Shown in pieces: positions 25,132-38,000 of a stretch of DNA of 64,000 nucleotides. Every line of letters starts with the position of its first letter. Position 1 is the first letter of the stretch. This DNA is from Azolla caroliniana. Lineage: Eukaryota; Plantae; Polypodiophyta. Position numbers and translations under genes: made by a program. The notes beneath the pieces were generated by a model. It did no database searches and was not told where the DNA came from. It was given only the letters and a program-made list of their open reading frames with translations. Location of the stretch: assembly GCA_043228905.1 (NCBI GenBank), contig JBHGNT010000008.1, positions 15,066,001 to 15,130,000 of the forward strand. Reading direction: 5' to 3'.

Positions 25132-25167
25132 ATGCGTGATCCTTCCACTTGTGAACGCGAACGTGTT
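25132..25167 (-). repeat. Right terminal inverted repeat, copy 1
   Basis: Matches the left TIR; followed by TGAA TSD. Confidence 0.9.
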
Positions 25168-25269
25168 TGAAGTGATCCGGAAGGACACCCTGTGTTACTG
25201 GCTAGTTCGGCCCAAGAGTAACACAGTTTTGGTGACCACGATTCTTGTGGAAAGCAGCGAACAACGGGG

Positions 25270-27160
25270 GGATGGATGACTAGGCCAACGAACGACCTAG
25301 TCGTTGAATGAGCAAGAAGGCTAGCGGAGAGACTACGGAAGCGAGAAGCTTACCAGCAGGCAGTTGAGTAGATCTGGTTGGATCGGTCTTTTTCCGGCGC
25401 GATACGGCGGCTTGCGGAGGAGTCCCTCCGGTTACAGTACAATCCATACCCAGACGAAGGAAGCAATTTGAGCAATTTGTGGTACGCGGAATCCATCCTA
25501 GAGACCCTCACGGCGAGTGAGAGAGATTATCGGGAGCACAGTGCTCAATCCAATTATATGGAGCAGTCATGACACCCCCAAAGGCCCGGAAGACGACGAT
25601 TCGGAAAACATATGAACGCCAGAACCGGAAACGACAAAACCGGCATCCCCGGTTAACGAAACAGGGCCGGACGAGCAAGTACCAACACCAACAAACAACC
25701 AATTGGAAACTCAGGAGGAACAGGCTCCGATATCACCACCCGAGTCACCAAAAAAACAAGAGGAGTGGGTATCGACAGAATAGATAGACGATGACACCAT
25801 TCCGTACCAATATTCGAAATATCGGGATGACCCGGACACAGAAGCCCACATATACGCTTTTCTCCAAACATAGGAGACGAACCATGTTTCCCAACAACTA
25901 AATGAAGTAGAGGCCGAATGATGAGAGATAGCAGAATTTGGCATGACCTTGGAGGGATTGGCGGCACGATGGCTCTCCAGGCACCTCCCCGGTAGTATTG
26001 ACACATTTGAAAAGTTAAAGACAAGGTTTCTACGATTCTTCCACATACAGCTGTATCAAAGGGAAATTGTTGGGCAATTCTATACGACACGACCTGACCC
26101 AACAGAAACCATTCAGCAGTTCGTCATACGGTTCCAGGAAATGCATAGTCAACTCCCTAGAGCACCAACGGAAGAAGAAGCGTAAGCGGTATTTTTGGCG
26201 TCGCTCCGGGAACCCCTTCGAATAGTGTGTGTAGTCATAGATTTTCGGATCAACACAATAGACCAGGTCATTGACCGGGTCATGGACATGGACAAGAACA
26301 GTTCTTGGCGGACGATGGGGGCACACTCCGACGACCACTCCCTACCGAAGAGGACCTACGGTTTTGCGAGGCGGTTCAATGCATGACGTGCCTTAATTCC
26401 GGGCATTCAATGGTAGAATGCACAATGAGATCACAATGCATGCTATGCCATTCCCGGTCACACACAATGAACCACTGTGAATATAATCTGCTAAACCAGC
26501 AGGCGAGACCAGTCCGGCTTATTGAATCCCGGACCGACTGACAAGACGAAGAAGAACGGTTCCAGTGAGACGATCGTTACAGACTGATCCAAGACATCTT
26601 ATACGACGATAGACGGCATGAGTATGATCGGGACCGTAATGATAGAGGTCGGGACTATAACCGTGATCGATATGATCGTGATTACTCCCCCGGTCATAAT
26701 CGGAGGAGGGATGACCAACAAGGAGACTATGCAGATTCGGATAGGCGCCAGATGGGATATCGAAACAACCGATGCTACAATAAAAAATGGAATGCTCGAA
26801 GAGAGGAGTGTCGGGAACCGGCAAAGGATTATCAACGGGAGCCAGATAGAAATATCACGGGTGTTCAATTGAAGCAACGAAGATTATAGGAGCCCAGTCG
26901 GGCAATATCCGGTTTTCAGCTGGGTAACACGGCAAATGCGGAGACTAGTAATACAAGGAAGGTGTATTGCTATTATTGCAGGCAAGACCGACACTACAGC
27001 CACCAGTGTTCGGTCAAGAACAACAAGAAGCAACTGCCAGTTAATATGGTTATTGCGGAGGTGACCGACATTTAGCAGGTCACCGCTCGGTCAAAAGGAA
27101 AGTTGGCCGAATGGGAGGCTTAGGAAGCAATCCAGAAGCAAGCCACGGAATGGATAGAGA
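25270..27160 (+). pseudogene. Degenerate gypsy gag with three CCHC zinc knuckles
   Basis: TLEGLAARWL...FEKLKTRFL, CMTCLNSGHSMVEC, CMLCHSRSHTMNHC, CYYCRQDRHYSHQC. Confidence 0.75.
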
Positions 27161-27162
27161 GG

Positions 27163-28345
27163 GCTCGTATCTAGCACCGCGTCCTGGCGAGCCAGCTTTC
27201 GATAACCAAAAGCAAGTAATCCTAGGACTGGCACGACTGCTAGCAACGTAGGTCTTCGGTATGCCCTTGGATTCCCACATTATCGATACCATACGTGAGG
27301 ACTTGAAGACAGATGCTTTCGCCCAAGCCATTCTAGCAGAAATTGATCCCTCTCGAGCATCTTCTTCGCAATCACAACAACCAGATACAAACTATTGACA
27401 ATTCGAATGTCATGATGGATTACTATTCTTTAAGAAACTCTTGTATGTTCCTAATGGTTCTTGTCGCCTTCGAGTAGTTCAAAACGCTCATGACACATAT
27501 ACAACTGGGCATTTTGGTAGTACTAAAACATTAGATTTAGTACAACGATCACTCTGGTTGCCCCATATGCGACAATTTATGGAAGATTTTGTTCGGATTT
27601 GTGATACATTTTTTAGAGCAAAAATGCCAAGGCATCATCCATATGGTTTATTAGAACCATTACCACTTCCAAGCAAGCCGTGGCAATCCATTGCTCTAGA
27701 TTTCATCACAGATCTTCTAGTTTCTAACGGATTCGATGCAATCTTAACAGTAGTAGATCGATATACGAAGATGGCCAATTTCCAGTGAGGAAACCGCCGA
27801 AACTGTCATGCATGAAGTATGTCGGCATCATGGCCTTCCTGATATTATCATCAGCAACCGTGGACCCCAGTTCATCTCAAAATTCTGGAAGCACCTCTTT
27901 AAAATTGTCAAGGTCACTTGTAACCTCTGCTCTGGTTACCACCCGCAAATAGACAACCAAGCAAAACGAACAAATCATACGTTTGAGCAGTATCTTCAGT
28001 GCTTTCTAAGCTATCATCAAGATGATTGGGCATTTGCGTATAATAACTCCTCCTCCGGTGGTGTGTCTACGGGTTATCACCCCGGTGGTGTGTATTTGAA
28101 ACCCTAGAGTTACCCACAAATCCTTGTGCAGAGGATCATTTGGAGCGGTTACGCAAGATACAAGCGGATTTATCTACTCATCTACAACAAGCTCAACAAA
28201 CACACAAGGTTTACGTGGATCGCCATTGGCTTCCATCTAGTTTTAACATTGGAGATCAGGTATGGCTACTACGACAACACATCAAGAGTACTCGCCCATG
28301 CGAGAAGTTGGATTATTGGCGATTAGGTCCTTTCTGTATTATCGG
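27163..28345 (+). pseudogene. Chromovirus (Tcn1-like) integrase fragment
   Basis: HDTYTTGHFG, SKPWQSIALDFITDL, GYHPQID. Diverged homolog of ~30830-32030 in the opposite orientation. Confidence 0.85.
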
Positions 28346-28936
28346 TTTTCTCTTCCCTTGGATCATTCCATCCGGTACACTCTTGGATCTGCCTCTCCGT
28401 TCGGTCCACCTCTTCCTTTCGTAATCTCACCCCCGAATGGCCTTCCAGTACTAGCGGCCAAAATCTGGTGTTGGTTCCAGATGCAACACCCTTCTCTCCG
28501 CCTACCCGGATCCTTGCTGACAACGAGTAGTGGATGGCCTCAACATTCCAAGCCATGGCTTCCTCCATTATCCTCTTCATGCCGCCTCGTCCAATGTTCA
28601 TTTCAAGGGGCCTTCGTGTATCGCATGCATGTACCCGTCCATTCTAGAGGTACACGACATTGTTCTTGAGTGCTTCGGCGAAATAGGCACACTCTCTTCA
28701 GATGTGGTCTACCGAAGGACTCCGGTAATGCGACTATCCCCCACCATCTCTCCGGGTTTGCGCGATCTGGAGATTGCGCACCATTTTCATCAGCTCCTCC
28801 AAAGTTGCACCCCAGAATGGGCCCTTGACCACGTTGGTCGGGACTGTACCCGACTCGAGCCACACCTTCGTGTCTCTTCTGCCCATGCCGGAATCAATCC
28901 CTCCAGCTTCTTCCTGACACCCGGTGTCGTGAGGTT
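28346..28936 (-). pseudogene. Inverted gag fragment of the gypsy E family
   Basis: ATLEELMKMVRNLQIAQTRRDGGG and NIGRGGMKRIMEEA match 36050-36620 on the opposite strand. Confidence 0.8.
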
Positions 28937-30464
28937 CGTCACACACGATATGAAAAATACCGAAATAATTATTTAAATTAAACTTAAGGGCTTGGTATGG
29001 AAAGATGGGCATCTTCAAGAGCTTCCGAATGCATTTTACTACATATGAAATAGACAACTATGAATCAAGTTATGTGAGTAAGAAGATAGGAAAACAGAAC
29101 TGTGAGATATCCCACATAGATAGGACAACATCGGATCCAACAGTATATAATCAGACCCATAACTTATTATTTCATATGTGTGTGTTTGGAGAATACAACT
29201 GTTAGGGTGATTTGGCCCAAACTATTTAGATGGATGGATGCAGATGAACAACTTGGAATGATTTTGGATGATTGTCGGATCGGTGGACATGCGGCTCAAT
29301 CAGATCAGTTGGGACGCGCGGCTCGGTCTGGACAGGCAGATCGGCCAGGATGCGAGGATCAGTCAGTAATGACGCGCGAATCGGGTAGGACGGCTGTACA
29401 GATCATGCACAAGTTTTTTTAGGGGAAGAAGGAGCTGCTGTCGGACTGGGAACCGAGCTCTCTCTTCCTCAATCATCATTCTCTGTAGGGTTGCCATCGT
29501 TGTAATTGTCACTATTATTGTAATTGAATCTCTTGTTTCCGTCTATCTGTGTTATCTGTGTCATCTGTGTTATCTGTGTTTCTGGGAGTGTCTTCTTTCA
29601 CGTCTCTCGAGTGTGCTCCTTGATTAAGTCGGTATACGCGTTGGTCGTTCAATCAGGCCACTGACAGGTATAACAGGCCTTACACTTTTGTGCTTCTCGT
29701 TTCCTCGTCTCTCTTGCTCTTCGGTTCAGGGCCCCCGTGGTCTCGCCTTAATTCACACGCGAAAGCGAAACAACGCGACATCTTTGGTGAACCCGACGTG
29801 AAACAAGGCGGTAGAGGAGTGAAGATGAGGGGATCAGAGCTCACCAAAGCCATGGAGGAAGCGATCGATCAGATAGTGTGTGCTCGCGAGGGCACGAGCG
29901 CCCTCGACAGGGCCATTGAAGCAATTGTCAGCACGATAGGCCGATTCGGTGGGAAGGACGCCACGAGCTATTTGGTGGCCTACCGAGCCGAGATGGTGAT
30001 GAGAGACATTCCGATGGATAGACGTCTCGTGTCAGGAATAATACTAAAGAATAGATGGAATTAGTACTAAGAAGAGTAGTACTATTAGTACTAAGAGGAC
30101 GGGACTACGTAAGATTCCCGAGAGAGGAAGTGAGAAGAGGAGAGAGAGAGAAAGATGAGGACAATAGCTAATATAATATGTGAAAAGATAAGACTTACAA
30201 GCGGCTAAGAGGCTTAAGACTGGCGTTGAACCAATTTGGTTCGAAACAATGCTTTGTGCCTCCTTTTATAGTGTTTTTAGGAATAATCCTGAAGCTTCTA
30301 GAATGTTCCAGAGAGATCTGGAATATACATCAATTTTCTATGATAAAACATAAATGAAAATAATATCCTACAAATTACAATTCATAGTCTAATGGTAAGA
30401 GCTTGACCCACGTAACATAAGGTCATGCGTTCGTGTCTTGCCATATCATGACACTATCTCCCCC

Positions 30465-33400
30465 TTAAAGACGACGAGTGGAACGAGTCGGCGCTGATTG
30501 CGGACCGGGTTTGTCCGGATACTTTTGCTGGAAATTAGCAAGAAGATCATGTGCATTGGCAACATGCTCGACGGGTTCCCAAGTACGTTCGCTCGGACTA
30601 TAACCAAGCTAAGCGACCAAGTAATAAAGTTTGTTGCGAACAAGTTTGGAATCGAGGATGGCAACAACTTCATACTCAGGGCCGACGTCCAACTCTAGCG
30701 AGGGCGGCGGTGGGGTCACATGATCGGGAATGGTGTTTGCTTTATAAGGTTCAAGAAGAGAACAATGGAAAACTAGATGTATCTGAAGCTGCGGAGGGAG
30801 ATCAAGGCGGAATGTGACATCATTAATCTTACCCGTAATACGGAAGGGACCGAGTCGTCGATAATCCAACTTGTCGCACGGTCAAGTAGTCTTGATGTGA
30901 CGACGTAAGAGCCATACTCGATCTCCGATGGCAAAAGAGGAGGGAATCCGATGACGATCCACATAAGTCTTCTGTGTGTTTAGCATGACGAAGGTGAGTA
31001 GAGAGATCCATCTGGATCTTGCGTAGCCTCTCCAAATGATCCTCGGCACGAGGGTTGGTAGGTAGCTCCGGGGTGTCGATCACCGACCAGCAAGGATGGA
31101 AACCGGTATAAGCGAAAAATGGGGAGACCCGAGTCGAGGAGTGAATAGCATTATTATACGCAAACTCCGCAAAGTGGAGAATCTCGGCCCAATCGTCCTA
31201 TTGATAATTCAAGAAACACCTGAGATATTGCTCCAGCGTTCCGCCTGCCCGTCGGTCTGAGGATGGTAGCCGGAAGAGAGGTTGCAGGAGACCTTGAGCA
31301 TCTTGAAGAGATGCTGCCAAAATTTGGAGAGAAATTGCGGTCCTCAGTCACTAATGATACTGTCTGGGAGGCCATGATGCCGAAATACCTCACGCATAAC
31401 AAGGGCGGCAGTTTCCTCGCTAGTAATGGCTTTAGTACACGGCACAAAATGTGCCATCTTCGTATATCGATCGACGACGGTTAGGATAGCATCGAACCCC
31501 TTCGAGACCGGCAGATCTGTGATAAAATCAAGACAAATAGACTGCCACGGCTTACTTGGAATCGGTAAAGGTTCCAACAAGCCATATGGATGGTGTCGTG
31601 GCATCTTTGCTCGGCAGCAAGCATCACAGGTCCGAACGTAGTCGTCGACAAAATGCCGCATGTGGGGCCACCAAAAAGATCGTTGCACTAGCTCCAACGT
31701 CTTAGTACTACCGAAATGTCCCGCCGTATGGGTGTCGTGACAGGAGCAATCGGGGACATATACGCGCTTTTTAAAGAATAACAAACCATCAAGATATTTG
31801 AATTGTCGGTAGTCAATACCTGGTTGTTGAGACTGAGAACAGGATGCCCGAGAAGTATCAATGTGCGCCAGGATGTCTCGATCAAAACTATCCGTCTTCA
31901 AGGTTGCACGTATGTCACGGTAATCGGTGAATCCATCGGGGTGTGAAAAATCTGCGTCGTGTGCAATCGTGTTGGTCCCAAGATTACTTGCTTTTGATCA
32001 TCAAATGTTGCATCACCAGGACGAGGTGCAAGATATGAACGCCGTGATAGTGCATCTGCTTTTCCTTGCTGCTTCCCCGGTCGATATGCGAGTGTTCTGA
32101 AAATAAGCAAGATTTTTATGATCGCTAAAGACAATGACCTGATGTGGAGAGACCTCTAAGAAATGCCACCATTGCACAAATGAATCCACGATGGCTAATA
32201 ACTCCTTGTCATGTATTTCGTAGTTGATTTCTGCGACATCGAATTTGCGCGAATGGAAAGCCACCGGATGCAACTCTTCTTTATCTCCTTGTTGAGAAAG
32301 AATGCTACCGAGGGCGAAATCTAATGCGTCCGCCTCCATGATGAATGGTTTGCTTGTATCCACATGAGCTAGAATCGGTGCTGATGTAAAGGCTTTCTTA
32401 AGATGCCGAAAAGCCATATCTGCTTCGATGGACGAAAGAAATGCTTGGCCCTTCTTTGTAAGTTGTGTGAGAGGTAAAATAATCTTCGAGTAATCCTGTA
32501 TAAACTTACGGTAGAAGTTAGCAAAACCTAGAAAACATTGTACATCTCGTACCGACCATGGAATTTGCCACTCTAGTACAGTTTGGATTTTAGCTGGATC
32601 CATGGCGATGCCCTTTGAGGAGATGACGTAGCCTAGAAATTCCACTTGCTTGCAGTCAAAGCTACATTTTTCTAGCTTGGCATAAAGACCATTCTCGCGG
32701 AGTCGCTTTAGTACTAATAGTACATGAGAATCATGCTCTTCCAAGGTCTTCGAATAAATCAATAGATCATCCAGATAGATGATCAAACAGATATCCAAGA
32801 GGTCTCTGAATATATCATTTGCCATGTGTTGGAAGACTGCGGGTGCATTGGTTAGGCCGAACGGCATAACAGTATACTCGAAATGCCCATACCGCGTGCG
32901 AAAGGCGGTCTTCCATTCATCTCCCGGTCGTATCCGCACGAGGTTATACGCTCCTTGTAGGTTGATTTTAGTAAAAAACTTGGCACCATTAACTCGCTCT
33001 AAAAGGCTTGATATAAGAGGAAGTGCATACCTATTCCGGATGGTGACCTTATTCAATCCGCGGTAATCAACGACGAGACGAAGTGAGCCATCTTTCTTCT
33101 TGACAAAGAAGATGGGTGCACCGGCCGGAGATTTCGAATGACGGATGAACCCGCTAGCCAAGTTCTCCTCTCTGTAGGCTCGAAGGACTTCTAACTCGGT
33201 GGGTGACAAGTTGTAAATTGGCCCCCATGGTGGCTCGGTTCTTGGTTGTAAATCGATGGGACAGTCATAGGGACGGTGATGAGGAAGGGTACCGGCTTTT
33301 ACCTTGTCAAATACATCGGCATAAGGATGATATTTTGTCGGAAGTTGTACTGAGGAGTCCTTCTTAATAGTGCTGGAAGGATGTACTGATATTGTAAATA

Positions 33401-33935
33401 GGAACATTGCCTCCTTGTGTCCTTCTTCGCGTAATTGATGGAGTGAAATGGTCGAAACTTGGTGAGTAGATTCTTGGGGTGTTCGATATCGGACTTCTCT
33501 TGTTCTCCAATCTATGGCTGGATTATGTAATTCAAACCAAGGTAATCCTAGGACAATGGGATGCTCTGGACTACTAATTATATTAAATGATATTACACAC
33601 ACAAAACTAGCTAGGACAACTTGAATGGGTTCTGATTCTTCTACAATATTCCCGAAAGCAATGGGACGACCATCAATGACCACTACAGATGCGGGACAAG
33701 GAAGTTTCCTTAGGGATATCTGAGAAGCTTGGGCAAAATTTCGATCCATAAAACGGGAATTAGCTCCGGAATCTAAAAGTGCTAGGACGGGTACTGGGGG
33801 AGTACTTTTAGTACTAACAATGACTTGGGCTAGGAACACATTGCTAACTTGCTTTGAAGGAATGGAACCACTAATGGGCTGTACAGATCTAGGGCTGCTG
33901 TCCAACCAAACGGCTCCTATTTTGGCTGGACTCAA
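30465..33935 (-). pseudogene. pol of element D (protease, RT, RNase H, integrase, chromodomain)
   Basis: LLDSGA, LRLVVDYRGLN, YLDDLLI, NYEIHDKELLAI, GHFG, YEVVAILDSK...YYLV...TWEP; frameshifted in the 3' half. Confidence 0.93.
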
Positions 33936-33959
33936 TCGTTTAACTCTTCATCTAATTGA

Positions 33960-35086
33960 CTAAGGATTTCAAATTTGTTTGAGATACTTGGGCTATTAGT
34001 ACTATGATTACTATCTGACACTCTATTAGTACTATTAATACTATCAGACACTCCGAAGGGAAGAATTGACTCGGGTTTAGTACAGGCGACGATTTGATTT
34101 ACTTGTCTTCTTGGCCTATGGGGACAATTGATGGCGATATGCCCTGGTCCACCGCAATAAAGACATAATTGATTGGCACGTCATTGTTGCTTTTCTTCTT
34201 CCGATAACGGGCCGCGTCGACGCATGGTGTCGATCTCCATCGGTGTCAGAATATTGGCTTGAGGTACATCGCGTGCAAACGGTTTAGCCGTGACTGAGGC
34301 GTATGTGGGTTCCGGCCAAGAGCGTGGTATTTGTAACTGACGTTCCGAACGTCGTTCGAAAAGGCGGTTGTCGCATCGGACCGCTCGACTGATTGCCTCT
34401 GTAAGAGACTTTAGTTCTTCGGGGAAGGTTAAAAGCAAATCTTTGACATCATTGCGCAAGCCGTAGCGAAACTGCTCCATGAGGGCCTGATCATCCCAGG
34501 GGATATCTGAGGTGAGTAGACGGAAATCCGCCGCGTAGGCAGAGGCTGGACGATCGCCTTGACGCAATCTTCGGATCTTGTTGATCGCCGTTCTGATGCT
34601 ATCGGTATCTCCAAAGCAGGCTTTAAACTCACCAATAAAATCTTCAAAGTTATTAAGCAAGGGTGATTGTTTTTCTAGAAGCGGAGAGAACAATGCCAAG
34701 GCTGAGCCGCTAAGTAATGTGCCTATTAGGCCGACTCGAGATGCAATCAGTGGGATATCGGGAAGGATGCATCTGATGACTAAGCATACCTGATTAAGGA
34801 ATCCCCAGAAGTGCGATCGCGTTCCATCAACTTTCACAGGAAGTCCAATCTTGGGCTCTTTATGAAATCCTTGGGGACTTAATCCTTGTTGCAACGCTGC
34901 TTCGAGTTGTTGTACTCGTAATGCTAACTCCCCATGTTGTTGTTGCGTTTGTTGTTTTTCGAGAGCGATTTGTTGCAAATCCCCTATCAACCGTTGGTTT
35001 TCTTGTTCCAAGGCAACAAACTTTTCTTTTAGGCACTGTAACTCAGAGAAAACGGATTGATATTCTTGGGCGCTAACAGAAGCCAT
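33960..35086 (-). pseudogene. gag of element D
   Basis: 301-aa ORF (EPKIGLP.K.DG.R, LRQG...AYAADFR, PMEID), a TGA, then CLYCGGPGHIAINC knuckle. Confidence 0.88.
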
Positions 35087-38000
35087 AGTATAGGGAAAAT
35101 GGTAGGAGGATGAGGGAGAATGACAAGTAGGCTGGAGGAAAGAAAAATTGGTTCAAACTGTCAGGAATAGTACTAAAGCAGAGATGGAATTAGTACTAAG
35201 AAGAGTAGTACTATTAGTACTAAGAGGACGGGACTGCGTAAGATTCCTGAGAGAGGAAGTGAGAAGAGGAGAGAGAGAGAAAGATGAGGACAATAGCTAA
35301 TATAATATGTGAAAAGATAAGTACAAGCGGCTAAGAGGCTTAAGACTGGCGTTGAACCAATTTGGTTCAAAACAATGCTTTGTGCCTCCTTTTATAGTGT
35401 TTTTAGGAATAATCCTGAAGCTTCTAGAATGTTCCAGAGAGATCTGGAATATACATCAATTTTCTATGATAAAACATAAATGAAAATAATATCCTACAAA
35501 TTACAATTCATAGTCTAATGGTAAGAGCTCGACGCATGTAGCATAAGGTCATGGGTTTGAGTCTTGCCATATCATGACATCTGGTCGGGTTCGCTCGTGT
35601 GGCGACACAGGGCATCCACGCAGAGATGCTTGAGGTACAGGCTGGATGTTGGACTTGGGAAGAATTTGAAGCACGCCTCCTCTAAAGGTACGAGCTTGAT
35701 GACGCGCTTCGGTTATCGAAGTGGGACTTCATGGAGTGGGTGGAAACTTCCGGAAAGGGGAGGAATGTGTCTGTGCTACTCCGGGAGTTCGAAGAACGCT
35801 TCGCACGGCTCTCAACGCTGGACAGGACCGTATTGGAAACGAGCCATGTCCTGTTGTTCATCAAATCGGTGGACGTGCGGGATAGAGGCCAGGTGAGTCT
35901 CGTGCTGGAGACAGATGATGGGCTGATGACCGACTGGGCTGTGGTCAAAGGGGTCTGCAGCCGCTTCGACAATTGGCGAGAGTGGGGCGACGCGAAGTCG
36001 TCAGCGACGGGACCCACCCCAGCAACGAAGTTCAACGAGCCTTCGCCGGCACGAAGGGATGAAACCCGAGATTGGCTTGAAACTGGCACAACGTCCACCA
36101 GAGCAGTCAAGGGCCCATCCGGCGGAGCGGCTCTTGAGGAGTTGACACAAATGGTGCGCGACCTGCAGATCACGCAAGCTTGGAGAGATAGTGGAGGGCA
36201 GCCACGCGACCGAAGGCCACCAGCTAGACAACGGTGTATGTTGTGCGACACGGTAGGGCACAGTCGGCAAGATTGTGTGGTGTTTGCCGAAGCCCTCATG
36301 GGTAATGTGGTGTACCTATGGAACGGACGGGTGCACGCTGGTGATACTCGGAGAGAGGTGGAGACGAATTTCGGGCATGGCGGGATGAAGCCGGTAATGG
36401 AAGAAGCGGAGGCGCACCATGTGGAGGCCCTCCATTATTCAACATCGGCCGGGATCCGGGTAGGAGGTGACGAAGACTGGAAAACGAAGGACTCTGTCTT
36501 CTAGCCCTTGGTGCTAGAAGACCACTCCGGTGCACGACTGAAGAGGGAGGAAGCGAGTCCGCAGAGTGGCGGGTTTGGGACGATCCGGTTGAGGAGAAGA
36601 CCGGTCTCGTGGAAGCTACGTACCATAACTATGAGGTTCTGGTAGAAGACAAGCAAGCGGGAAAGGCCGGAGGTGCCGGGCCCTCACAGCTGTACGAGAC
36701 CCGGTTCGGGCAGAAGCAAAATGATGGCGGTAACCTCGGCGCACCGGACAAAACGAAGCGGGCCGATTACCGGCTAAGCACTGAGGTTGAAAGAACAACG
36801 GACCTACGGAAGGTTCTAGAAAAACGGATCCTCAACAACAAGGTCGAGCTATCTTTGCGGGAAGTGCTTGGGATCGCGAAGAAGAAATTCCACAATTCCA
36901 TCATAGATCTAGTGAAGTGCAAGTAGCTCTCTACAGAATCGGAACCGGAGAAGCTGGTGGAGGTGTGGATGGTGCACCTGGAGCATGAGGCCCCAAAAGA
37001 CGAGTTGGCAGATAGGCACTACTCGAAGTTACATTGGGCCAGGGCCACCACGGAAACCCGTATCCAGATCGGGGATGTGCAGGAGTCGGTGATTGCGTTG
37101 ATAGACCATGGTTCAGAGATAAACTTGATGTCCATGGACTTCTACAGGAAAGGGAAGTGGCAAATCAACAGCAAGCACGGTTGGAAGATACGCGCAGCAA
37201 CGCGCGCTATAGAGGAGTTGCATGGGGCGTGCGCGAATGTACGCATGAAGATTGGGGATTTCAAGGTAGATCAACATTTCTTCATGCAAGAGATGTCCTC
37301 GCACCCGGTGATACTCGACGAACCGTACATTACAACAGCACGCATGGAAACAAAGGTGCTTGATAATGGGTTGGCGTATGCGCACGTAACAAGCCAAGAT
37401 GGACGACACTCCGTCCAATCCCTGACAGTAAGGCCGAACCATGAGAGGAACCGCGAGACCCTCGACGGCGATAGCCAAGGGGATTTTTAGAGAGGGCTAT
37501 CAAGGTGTGGGGCCGCGATAGTCCGGGCACACTGGAGGAACCCCACACATGTACCATAGGTAGGAGGTTTTGGTTCTCCGAGAACAGAGGTTGTACTTTA
37601 GCCATCGTCAACAGTCGGGAAAGGAAGCGGGCAGAGGAACGGCTTAGGGTATGTGGAGTTCTCGCCCCCGATGAAGAAATTAGCGGCGCCATAGAGGTGG
37701 TCTCTTTTGACGACACCTTGGGGGAATTACGGAAGGTGTCCAAAGAAGGCCTCAGTGAAGAGCGGATGATCTCGTTTAGTTCCTTGGAGATGTACGAAGT
37801 CATCGCTAACTTCAGGGAAGGGGTTGGTTCTGACCAGATGGCCCGCATGGATACCAAGTACAAGAATGTGGACCGGAAGTTGAGGCCAGTCGCGGCACCC
37901 TTGCCGGAGGGTAGTAGGGAAAGGATAAATGGGGTCGCATCGGACCCGAGTCTACGAGATCCAGCTGGCATAGGACACCGATTCCCTGAAACGACACTAC

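Larger units (their letters stand above)
4705..25167. mobile_element. TIR DNA transposon (DUF7869/Sola-like) carrying a ParB-like/amino-methyltransferase gene; copy 1, both ends intact
   Basis: Left end AACACATTCGCGTTCACAAGTGGAAGGATCGTGCAT (4705-4740) is the reverse complement, with three mismatches, of ATGCGTGATCCTTCCACTTGTGAACGCGAACGTGTT ending at 25167. TGAA is duplicated at 4701-4704 and 25168-25171. Encloses the transposase pseudogene. Confidence 0.9.
637..27160 (+). mobile_element. Ty3/gypsy-type element C: 5' LTR split into three pieces (~637-941, ~4605-4704, 25172-25223), then PBS and gag; 3' part lost
   Basis: TGTT start near 637 and TATAAAAG at ~820. After the two inserts the sequence ends in ...GAGTAACA (25223), followed by PBS-like TGGTGACCACG (25230) and a degenerate gag. 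No second LTR is available to confirm the boundaries. Confidence 0.6.
30030..35579 (-). mobile_element. Full-length Ty3/gypsy chromovirus D (Tcn1-like, self-primed)
   Basis: LTRs 30030-30453 and 35159-35579, TSD TCTCG/TCTGG, PPT 30454-30466, gag, pol and chromodomain, no tRNA PBS. Confidence 0.93.
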
